From: Campylobacterales bacterium
Lineage (GTDB): Bacteria > Campylobacterota > Campylobacteria > Campylobacterales > JALSKU01
NCBI GenBank assembly: GCA_027065125.1
Contig: JAMOOV010000043.1
Coordinates: forward strand, 1 to 56,085
Reading direction: 5' to 3'
Length of the DNA stretch: 56,085 nucleotides
A program made the position numbers and the translations under genes. Of this stretch, positions 18,611 to 26,856 are shown one piece after another. The notes below the pieces were generated by a model that saw nothing but the letters and a program-made list of their open reading frames with translations, had not been told where the DNA came from and ran no database searches. Positions within the stretch are counted from its first letter, which is position 1. The number at the start of each line of letters is the position of its first letter.

Positions 18611-19355
18611 ATCTTAAAACCGTTTTGATCTTTTTTTGTGTAGAACCAAAAGAGTAAAAGGCTAAAAAATAGTCCAAATTCAAATCCGCATACTCCTTAA
18701 ATCTTTTTAAAAGATTATCTTCCAAAAGCTCATAAGGATGGATATAAAGTATGCTATCTTTACTCTTTTTAAAAAGCATTTTCAAAACGGATAGCGGCAA
18801 AACCCTCAAATAAACACCTCCGCTAAAAGGAATAGTATATTTTAGGATCGGCCTCTCCTCTATGGTACCAAATTTCGTATAAATTTTAAACGATTTTTTT
18901 CTATCTATGCTGTTTCCGTACATATAGTTTTTCATCGGAAAATATGAAGAGGAGTACTCAAAACCCACTCTCGCCAACTCTTCATAATATCTCTTTTCAA
19001 AGGGCATCGACCAACTCGGACTTCTATACCCCAAAACTCTTTCGGATATTAAATTTTCCAATATATCCTTAGCTTCAGTCACTCTTTTAGACCACTCTTT
19101 AAAACCCTCTTTATATACAAGATTATGATACATCCCATGACAAGATATCTCTACACCGTTTTTATAGAGTTTTTTTACGATTTGCGGATATTTTTTAGCA
19201 AAAGTTCCAAGAATAAATGCGGTTGCATGATGATCTTTTTTGATCGACAAAAAATCATCAACAACTTTTTCATAGTCCAAAACAGGCTCTTTTTTCCAAA
19301 GAACATTGAAGTTCATATCGGTTATCTTTTCGATATCAATAGTGAGCCAAATCAT
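18603..19355 (-). CDS. Polysaccharide deacetylase (CE4), DUF3473-containing subfamily
   Basis: 'LTIDIE' (DxE metal motif variant), 'ATAFILG', 'EISCHGMYH' and 'GYRSPSWS', plus a C-terminal block resembling DUF3473. Confidence 0.7.
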   Translation of the reverse strand: MIWLTIDIEKITDMNFNVLWKKEPVLDYEKVVDDFLSIKKDHHATAFILGTFAKKYPQIVKKLYKNGVEISCHGMYHNLVYKEGFKEWSKRVTEAKDILENLISERVLGYRSPSWSMPFEKRYYEELARVGFEYSSSYFPMKNYMYGNSIDRKKSFKIYTKFGTIEERPILKYTIPFSGGVYLRVLPLSVLKMLFKKSKDSILYIHPYELLEDNLLKRFKEYADLNLDYFLAFYSFGSTQKKIKTVLRYE

Positions 19356-20263
19356 AAATCCACCAAATATTTACAAAGTTTAGGACCTATAAAATCTACA
19401 AAATTTTTAGGAAGTTTTTTCCATACACTTGAAGCAAAAGAGTATTTTGAGTAGATATCATCATTTTGTTTTTTTAGGATATCCACTTTTACGGGATAGG
19501 CTCCAAATCTATGTTTAAATGTATATCCACCACTACCATACGGGGATCTGCCAAAGTCAAATATCTTTTTATTTCTATTGTCACAAATATCTTTTATGAT
19601 ATTCCAATATGCAAAATGTCCTACAAGTCTATCTCTATACTTTTCATCCAAACCTCCCCAAGACCCATAGGATATATCCTTATCCATCAGTACACAATAG
19701 CTTGCTATAATATTATCATTATCATACACATTATAAAAAACCACATCATCCTTATATATCTCTTTTAGTATATAAAATAGTTTTTTATCTAATGAGGGAG
19801 TCCCATGTTTATACATAATGTTTGTAAAAATTTGATAAAAATCCTCTATAAATTTTTCCTCATTGCCGATCTTAAATGAAAAATTATTTTTTCTGATAGA
19901 GTTTTTTATTATTTTTCTATATTTTGATTTCATATTTGCAAGCATCTCTTCACTGGAGCAGTTATTAAAGCACATCCTCATTGTAACGGAATCACCGTTT
20001 TGGAAGTCGCTATACTCAAAGTTTAAAACCCTTATTTGATACTCGCTCTCTTTTGCAAGCTCTTTTAAATCCTCTATCAAGTTGCTATCTCTATCGCTAT
20101 AGCCAAGTAGAGGTATGTACGATAGCATTTTACCACCGAATATTGATGGGACAATTAAAAAATCCATATACTCCTCATATCCGTACATCTCTTTTAAAAC
20201 ATTTTTGAACTTTAGTGTAAACTCTTTTGAAAAAAGATACTTTTTATCTACATTTTTTTGCAT
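19352..20263 (-). CDS. FemAB-like / BioF2-like GNAT-fold transferase
   Basis: 'SKYRKIIKNSIRKN', 'FYQIFTNIMYKHGTP' and 'FDFGRSPYGSGGYTFKHRFGAYP' match FemAB-related acyl/aminoacyl-transferase family blocks. Confidence 0.6.
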   Translation of the reverse strand: MQKNVDKKYLFSKEFTLKFKNVLKEMYGYEEYMDFLIVPSIFGGKMLSYIPLLGYSDRDSNLIEDLKELAKESEYQIRVLNFEYSDFQNGDSVTMRMCFNNCSSEEMLANMKSKYRKIIKNSIRKNNFSFKIGNEEKFIEDFYQIFTNIMYKHGTPSLDKKLFYILKEIYKDDVVFYNVYDNDNIIASYCVLMDKDISYGSWGGLDEKYRDRLVGHFAYWNIIKDICDNRNKKIFDFGRSPYGSGGYTFKHRFGAYPVKVDILKKQNDDIYSKYSFASSVWKKLPKNFVDFIGPKLCKYLVDL

Positions 20264-20570
20264 TTTTCTTTGTACTATCCCTTATGATTTTTGTTATTGC
20301 TGCATGATTTTTATTGACTCCGACATAAAGAACTATATTCATCAAACCGGTCAAAGCTACCAATATATAAATGATAAGATCTTTTCCATAACCTATACCA
20401 AAAAAGTGTGCTATTTTATCGGAATAGTCGGGAAACATGATAAATAAAAATAGTGTCATGTAGCCGGCTATCACGGTTAGTTTTTGAAATATTTTCATCT
20501 TTGATGAAAAAGAAAAGAGTATAAAAGCTATAGTCAAAACGATGATAAGAAATATTTTTAAAAAAATCAT
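20244..20570 (-). CDS. DUF2304-family small membrane protein (GT2 partner)
   Basis: 108 aa with 3-4 TM helices. It lies immediately downstream of, and overlaps by 4 nt, a soluble Dpm1-like GT2, which is the usual DUF2304 context. Confidence 0.55.
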   Translation of the reverse strand: MIFLKIFLIIVLTIAFILFSFSSKMKIFQKLTVIAGYMTLFLFIMFPDYSDKIAHFFGIGYGKDLIIYILVALTGLMNIVLYVGVNKNHAAITKIIRDSTKKNAKKCR

Positions 20571-21259
20571 TTTATTAAATTCCCCACGAAAAAGTCAAGA
20601 ACTATATTGATGCTATTCCACATAGACTGTCCCTTATTTAGAGAATAATCAGTATATCTAATGTGGCAGGGTATTTCTTTGTATCTCATGTTTAGATTTT
20701 TTATGATACCGATAATCTCGGAAGCATGAGCCATTCTATTTTGGGTTATTTCAAAATTTGGAAATTTCTCTATATTGATAGCTCTAAAGCCATTGTGAGA
20801 ATCGGTAAGCCAAATACCGGTCGTAATCCAAGTAAAAAATCTTGAAGCCTTTAGAAGATATCTTTTACTTGTCGGCATATTTTCGGTACTTCCAAGAAAT
20901 CTCGAACCCAAAACTATATCGGCTTCGCCCTCTTTTAAAACCTTTATGAAAGACTCTATATCATCAGGGTTGTGCTGACCGTCCGAATCGAATGTAACCG
21001 CATATTTACACCCAAGCTCTCTTGCATACTCTATACCGGTTTGAAGAGTGGCTCCTTGACCGAGATTGACCATATGCTTCAATAGATATATGCCCTCTAA
21101 ACATGCCTCTTTATAGCTATTGTCCGAAGAGCAATCATCTACTACGATTATCCTATATTCGGGATACTTTTCTCTTAATTCAGTTAAAACATCTTTAACT
21201 ATTTTTTCTTCATTATAAAGAGGTATAACAATAGCTACCTCATATCTATTTTTTTTCAC
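20567..21259 (-). CDS. Glycosyltransferase family 2, Dpm1/polyprenyl-phosphate-sugar synthase-like (no TM tail)
   Basis: 'VAIVIPLYNEE', 'VVDDCSSDNS' and 'TFDSDGQHNPDDI' (DxDxQH signature). Confidence 0.85.
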   Translation of the reverse strand: MKKNRYEVAIVIPLYNEEKIVKDVLTELREKYPEYRIIVVDDCSSDNSYKEACLEGIYLLKHMVNLGQGATLQTGIEYARELGCKYAVTFDSDGQHNPDDIESFIKVLKEGEADIVLGSRFLGSTENMPTSKRYLLKASRFFTWITTGIWLTDSHNGFRAINIEKFPNFEITQNRMAHASEIIGIIKNLNMRYKEIPCHIRYTDYSLNKGQSMWNSINIVLDFFVGNLIK

Positions 21260-21289
21260 GAAATCGCACCTCCAAAATATAATACTTTT

Positions 21290-22216
21290 CTAAATTAAAT
21301 CACTCTTATTTTTAAACCGATTTACATTTGATAAAACTTTATAAGTAATATGTAAAATAATCACAAAAATAATCAGAAAACCAAAATTATCCAAAAATGA
21401 AATTAAAAAAGCTGTCTCTTTAGAAATACCAACCTTTACTAGGTAGTAAACAAAAATTCCCTCTCTTATACCCAATCCAGATATAGATAGAGGAAGTAGT
21501 GTCGAGAGTGCTCCAATTACTGCTACTGCACTCAGATAAAAAAAATTTATACTTGCACCTAGTGAAAGTGCAGAAAAATAAAACTCTAAAAAATAAAAAA
21601 CATATATAAAACCATTTTGAACAAATAGGTAAAAATCAGATTTTAAACTTAAACCTTTGAAATGCTCTATTTTCAATTTAATTGATAGCTTTTTTAAAAT
21701 AGGATTTTTTACAAAGAAAAGAACAAACATGGCAGTTGTAAAGATAATAAGATATATATTTGTAGGTAATTTCAATATGAAAATAAAACTAAATATTCCT
21801 AGTAAAGCCATAAAATACAAATCTTGAAATCTATCATATATATAAGCCATAATTGACACTCTTTTCGGAATATTAGCTTGAGCTTCTAAAAATAGAATTT
21901 TAATTGATTCTCCTATACGAGAAGGTGTGATAAAACCAAAATATTGAGATTCAATCGTAGCCCCAAAAACATTAAATAGTGGAGGTTCATGCCCATAATA
22001 TTTCAATATAAAACTAAATCTATACACTTTTAAAAAAAAATAGATAAAAAAACTCATCATATGTAAAAACAGATAGAAAAAATTTATTTTTTTAAGTATA
22101 AGAAAAATTTTATCATACTGTAGTGTCGAAAGTATATATAATAAAATTATTATACCTGCAAAATGAAATATCTTTGATATTTTTTTTATATTATATGTTT
22201 TCATAACTTTATACAA
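21290..22216 (-). CDS. Flippase-like domain protein (UPF0104 / LPG-synthase TM-region family), copy 1
   Basis: About 8 TM helices. 'PSRIGESIKILFL' and 'LPLSISGLGIREG' are equivalent to the motifs in the 17708..18610 paralogue. Confidence 0.55.
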   Translation of the reverse strand: MYKVMKTYNIKKISKIFHFAGIIILLYILSTLQYDKIFLILKKINFFYLFLHMMSFFIYFFLKVYRFSFILKYYGHEPPLFNVFGATIESQYFGFITPSRIGESIKILFLEAQANIPKRVSIMAYIYDRFQDLYFMALLGIFSFIFILKLPTNIYLIIFTTAMFVLFFVKNPILKKLSIKLKIEHFKGLSLKSDFYLFVQNGFIYVFYFLEFYFSALSLGASINFFYLSAVAVIGALSTLLPLSISGLGIREGIFVYYLVKVGISKETAFLISFLDNFGFLIIFVIILHITYKVLSNVNRFKNKSDLI

Positions 22217-22267
22217 ATTATTTTTAAAATTACTTTTATAAAATGCCGAAAACCATAAAGATATATT

Positions 22268-23152
22268 CTAATCACGATGAATTATCTCCATCCTGATATT
22301 ATTAATCTGCTCGGCAAGAAGTGCAGATATAAAAAGTATAACTGAATTTGACAGAAGAAAAACTGTAGTATTGGTAAGATTGATATGATATAAATCTACA
22401 CAAAATGAACCCAACCCTAATGTCCCAAATACAATACTAAGAGGCAAAACAACTCTTAGTGGTTTAAAAATCATTCCCAATTCTAAAATTTTTAAAATGG
22501 TTCTAAAACCAGTTTTCATACTTACTTGACTCTCCCCTGTTGTTCTTTTTTGAACATTTATAGGAATATATATCAAATCGTATCCGTTGGATATATATGC
22601 CAAAGTTATAGATGTGGTAAAACTAAACCTCTCGGAGCAAAGATGTAAAAATTTTTTAGCCTCTTTTTTACTAAACACTCTAAAACCGGAATTTATATCC
22701 GGTATCTCCTGTTTGAAGATAAAATTGGCAATCTTGTGAAGCAAAATCTTTCCCAAAACTCTGCTTACTTTTGTCTGATAAACTTTTCTCTCTCCTATAA
22801 CCATGCTCTCTTTGCTCTCATAAGCATCCAACAGCTTGGGTATCTCTTCGGGTCTGTGCTGACCGTCCGAATCCATTATGACTATAGTATCATATTTTGC
22901 ACTCTTAATACCTGTTTTTAATGCTCCTCCATATCCTCTGTTTTTTTTATGGTGAATAACCGTTATACCGTCAAAATTGTCTAAAATTTCAGGACTTTTA
23001 TCTGCAGACTTATCATCAACACATACTATCTCATACTCATATTGCTTAGAATCCAAAAAACTTTTTAAACTCTCCAAAGTCATCTCAAGAGACGACTCTT
23101 CATTATGCACTGGTATAACTATACTAAACTGTTTTTTCATCTTTTTCATCAT
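22268..23152 (-). CDS. Glycosyltransferase family 2, GtrB/ArnC/CsbB-like, with two C-terminal TM helices
   Basis: 'FSIVIPVHNEE', 'CVDDKSADKS' and 'IMDSDGQHRPEEIPKL', plus C-terminal hydrophobic segments. Confidence 0.85.
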   Translation of the reverse strand: MMKKMKKQFSIVIPVHNEESSLEMTLESLKSFLDSKQYEYEIVCVDDKSADKSPEILDNFDGITVIHHKKNRGYGGALKTGIKSAKYDTIVIMDSDGQHRPEEIPKLLDAYESKESMVIGERKVYQTKVSRVLGKILLHKIANFIFKQEIPDINSGFRVFSKKEAKKFLHLCSERFSFTTSITLAYISNGYDLIYIPINVQKRTTGESQVSMKTGFRTILKILELGMIFKPLRVVLPLSIVFGTLGLGSFCVDLYHINLTNTTVFLLSNSVILFISALLAEQINNIRMEIIHRD

Positions 23153-24659
23153 CTTTATCTCTCTTCAGCGATTTTGCTTTAATCTTCATCACTTTTATTT
23201 TTATGGATTTTTCAGCCTCCAAAAAAACATTTACCAAAATAGGACTAAACATCTTATTTTCCGATTTTTTTATCTCTGCCACCGCTTCCTCATGAGTTCT
23301 ACCTTTTCTATAAGATCTGTCACTTGTTATTCCTGCATAAAACTCCCCCATAGCTACAACTTGAGAGGATATAGGTATTTGAGACTCTTTAAGCCCGAAA
23401 GGATATCCTCTTCCGTCAAATCTCTCGTGATGATACTTTATGATATCGGATATCGGATATATATGAGATATCGGCTCAACCATAATACTTCCTATCAATG
23501 GATGCTCTTTTATGAGATTTATATCAGACTCTTTTAAATCACTCCTATCTAAAACCGCAAGCAAATCCCCTACCATTCCTATATCATGGAGATAAGAACC
23601 AAGCATTATGGCATCTATCTCCTCTTCGGATAAAAATAGGGATTTTGCTATCTCTACAGAAACCATTTGAACAATCAAAGAGTGGTTTTCATAATATTTA
23701 TTTTCAAGCTCAACCGCTTCATTGGTAAAATTCAATAAAGAGAGATAATTTTTCACCATTTCGCTATTTTTATCTATATTTTCTATAAAAGCTCCCGACA
23801 TATCAAGAAATGAGCCGACTTGAGACAATGTCGTGGCAGACAAAGGTTTATTGTCATAAAATTCAAGCTTGTATGGAGTATTTCTTATATAAAATACTTT
23901 TTGAAGTTCCGATCTCAAAGAGGGTTTATATTCAAAGATCAAATCTCCGCCTTTTGTAAGAAGTCTGGCTCCTTTAGCTTTAGTCATTTTCAACACAAGA
24001 GCAACAAAAAACTTAAAAAATTGATATTTATCCATCTGCAATTTCATAAGAGAAATCGAAGTATCTTTCGTAACATTCAAAAGCATTTGAGAACCTTTTG
24101 ATCTATTTTTATCGGATGCTTTTGCATAAAAGCCTAAAATTATCCTAAAAAATCCCTCATATCTCTCTTTTATCACCTCTTGATAGCTATAGAAAAGTAT
24201 CATATATTTTTCATTTTCTCCGGTAAAATAACTTATTTCAAATTTGCCACTTTTTTTAAATGTTTTTAAATCCTTTTGTCTTAATCTTACCGGTATCGCT
24301 ACAAATGAGTTGTTTGTGGTATCCGATTCGAGTAAAATATATGTTTCTCCTCTCAACTCGTAAAGAGCCGAATATTCTGCCTTGATCATTTTATTGCTTT
24401 TTAATATATAATTTTCGATATCTTTAATATCGGATTTAAGGCTCAACTCTTTTAAATACTTGTTAATAGTTCTAAATTCCAATTTTAATTTCAGATTAAC
24501 TCTAAAATATTTCATATTTAGTATAATCATCAGTATAGAAAAAATAAAAAATACCCACCAATACCGATTTAAAAAGTCATTTATCTGTTCTAAATTTGAC
24601 AATATAATATCAGGTAAAACATAATTAAAATAGTATCTACTTTGTTCAAAAAAAGTCAT
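23124..24659 (-). CDS. Membrane-anchored HD-GYP domain protein (putative c-di-GMP phosphodiesterase/receptor)
   Basis: One N-terminal TM helix, an uncharacterised (GAF-like?) region of about 270 aa, then 'YLHDIGM' and 'HHERFDGRGYPFG'. Confidence 0.85.
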   Translation of the reverse strand: MTFFEQSRYYFNYVLPDIILSNLEQINDFLNRYWWVFFIFSILMIILNMKYFRVNLKLKLEFRTINKYLKELSLKSDIKDIENYILKSNKMIKAEYSALYELRGETYILLESDTTNNSFVAIPVRLRQKDLKTFKKSGKFEISYFTGENEKYMILFYSYQEVIKERYEGFFRIILGFYAKASDKNRSKGSQMLLNVTKDTSISLMKLQMDKYQFFKFFVALVLKMTKAKGARLLTKGGDLIFEYKPSLRSELQKVFYIRNTPYKLEFYDNKPLSATTLSQVGSFLDMSGAFIENIDKNSEMVKNYLSLLNFTNEAVELENKYYENHSLIVQMVSVEIAKSLFLSEEEIDAIMLGSYLHDIGMVGDLLAVLDRSDLKESDINLIKEHPLIGSIMVEPISHIYPISDIIKYHHERFDGRGYPFGLKESQIPISSQVVAMGEFYAGITSDRSYRKGRTHEEAVAEIKKSENKMFSPILVNVFLEAEKSIKIKVMKIKAKSLKRDKDDEKDEKTV

Positions 24660-26851
24660 TTTTTAAGCCTTTCCATTTTTGATTGAAAATTTAGCTTTTT
24701 TAAACGATTTACATATTTGCTATTGTCTATTTCATAAACCGTTACTGTTTTTGTTTTATAGTATACCCTAATATTACTGTGATTTACACTATATATAGCT
24801 ATCCAGCTTTTTAAACCACTTTGTACTTCACTTCTCCACCTATAATACCACTCCCCTTTTCCCTCATAGGGATTTGGAAAATTTTCTACAAATATATAAA
24901 TTTTTGGAGTTGGAATTTTTAGATATTTATCACTCGGATTATATTTTAAAAGAAAATTTTGAGTATTGACATGGTATCCCTTGTTTCTTACTTTTGAATA
25001 TTCTTGAATATAAGACACGACAGTCCAATCAAAAGGTCTGTTGTCAGAGTTTATTTTTAGAATGATATCTGAAATAGAGGTATATTCCAACTGGTTGATG
25101 CTTTTCCAAAAAAAGTTGGTATCTACCCATCTTGGAACTGTTAAAATAAATATAATAAAAATGACATAAGAGACAAATAATATAAAATATTTTGCATATT
25201 TTTTAAATAGCAAGAAAATAGGATAGCAAAAAAGATAAAAAAAGTAAAAAGCAAGTAATAAAGTTATTCCAAAAAACATATATTCTGCCAATCTGCTTTG
25301 TTTTGCCACTAAAGGCAATCCAAAGTTTGGTCCAAAATATGGAATAAAAATTCCTATGATTATCAAAACATATGATGTGTTAATAAATTTTTTTTTAGTA
25401 AACCAAGAAAAGATATAAGAAAAAAATATCATTACAAAAAAAGTAAAATGCAATCTTGTTATAGTGATTATGGCGATATTGTTTGTGCCCATTTTTGCTA
25501 TATCATTTATGTTTCTCTCTGTGCCTAAAAGCTTATCTAAAAAGGGAGCTGCCGCACCAAAGTCTTGAGGAATACCATATTTTATCATGGATAGTATCCA
25601 TAAATTGCCAATTATGGCAGCTATAATTATACAAAAAAAACCTTTCTTTAGTATGGGGATGTCAATTTTTCTAAAAATTACTGCATTTATTGCAATTAAA
25701 ATACTAATTATAATCAATATTATTGCTCCGCCACCATGAAAAGTAAAAACCAATATTAGTGTTAAAGTATATAAAATTAAGTACTTATTTAAGCGAGTAT
25801 CTATTGCTTTGATTAAAAAATATGCATTTAAAAGAACAAAAACTGAAGCATGTTCATAAGCTAAACCTGATGTATACCTTAAATATGGGACATTTCCACT
25901 TTTGTATATGTGACCTACTAAACTATTTATTGGTGGAAAATATATTTTTAAACCGTAAAAATCAATTAAAGGAGGTTTGTCGGTAACTATAATGCTTCCC
26001 AATATAAAATCTGATAGAGGACTCATTAAAACAATACCATGAATCATAACAGCAAAAATTCCAACATATTTTGAATTGCTAAAACTTTTAACAATATAAA
26101 AAATTGAAAAATACATTGCCAACAATAATAAAATTGGATACAAGCTAAATAAAATTATCAAGTCTATATTCGTAAAAACATTTACGAAAAATATAATAAT
26201 AGCCTGTCCATAAAAATCTGCACTTATTCTATTGCCTGAAAATAGTATATTGTGTTGTAGGTTGTTTACCCATTCTATAAATTGTGAGGTATCTGGGAGA
26301 GGGTTGCTATAACTATAAAGACCCCTTAACATAAGGGTTGAAATGATATAAAAAAAAACAGTAAAAAATAGCAAATTTTTTAACATAGAATAAAAGGTTA
26401 AAGATTGTTGAAACTTGATGAATTTATATTTTACATAACTTAAACTTTTCTCTTTTAGTTTGCTACGATGATCTAAAAAATCTAATACCCAAAGCATCAT
26501 GTTCACTCTAAAATTATTTAAAAACAATATTATATTTTTTTTATAATACCACTTTAAAAAAGCTAATTTTGTGCCAATTAGAACAAGCATAAAAAGAAGC
26601 AAAGAAAATGCTTTTATAAAAACTAAAAAAGTTACTACAGTTTCCACATATGCAACCATAAATATAAAATTAAAAACTATCTTTTGGATACCTTGTCCTG
26701 TATGTTCTTGAGGAAATATTTTTGTGGGTACCCAGTAAAACATCACATAGCTCATAAATAATATTTTAAGCATATACCACCAGTTTTTTGCAAAAATATG
26801 GTAAATAATATTTAAATCTATAAAATATACATCAAAAGCATGTGTAAACAT
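24656..26851 (-). CDS. Large polytopic membrane protein (about 16 TM plus a C-terminal soluble domain of about 150 aa); possible GT-C-type glycosyltransferase or polymerase
   Basis: The ORF is long and translationally coupled (ATGA overlap). The function is inferred only from topology and neighbours; I recognise no diagnostic motif. Confidence 0.35.
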   Translation of the reverse strand: MFTHAFDVYFIDLNIIYHIFAKNWWYMLKILFMSYVMFYWVPTKIFPQEHTGQGIQKIVFNFIFMVAYVETVVTFLVFIKAFSLLLFMLVLIGTKLAFLKWYYKKNIILFLNNFRVNMMLWVLDFLDHRSKLKEKSLSYVKYKFIKFQQSLTFYSMLKNLLFFTVFFYIISTLMLRGLYSYSNPLPDTSQFIEWVNNLQHNILFSGNRISADFYGQAIIIFFVNVFTNIDLIILFSLYPILLLLAMYFSIFYIVKSFSNSKYVGIFAVMIHGIVLMSPLSDFILGSIIVTDKPPLIDFYGLKIYFPPINSLVGHIYKSGNVPYLRYTSGLAYEHASVFVLLNAYFLIKAIDTRLNKYLILYTLTLILVFTFHGGGAIILIIISILIAINAVIFRKIDIPILKKGFFCIIIAAIIGNLWILSMIKYGIPQDFGAAAPFLDKLLGTERNINDIAKMGTNNIAIITITRLHFTFFVMIFFSYIFSWFTKKKFINTSYVLIIIGIFIPYFGPNFGLPLVAKQSRLAEYMFFGITLLLAFYFFYLFCYPIFLLFKKYAKYFILFVSYVIFIIFILTVPRWVDTNFFWKSINQLEYTSISDIILKINSDNRPFDWTVVSYIQEYSKVRNKGYHVNTQNFLLKYNPSDKYLKIPTPKIYIFVENFPNPYEGKGEWYYRWRSEVQSGLKSWIAIYSVNHSNIRVYYKTKTVTVYEIDNSKYVNRLKKLNFQSKMERLKK

Positions 26852-26856
26852 TAAAA

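Noticed and set aside
22977-23537. Long antisense 'shadow' ORFs (this 186-aa one; also 34993-35490, 44784-45332, 41848-42360, 7445-7819, 49522-49911, 666-872 and others in the track)
   Set aside because: Each lies opposite to, or out of frame with, a well-supported gene. Each has a low-complexity Phe/Ile/Ser/Leu-rich composition typical of random ORFs in AT-rich DNA, and none has an RBS or motif.
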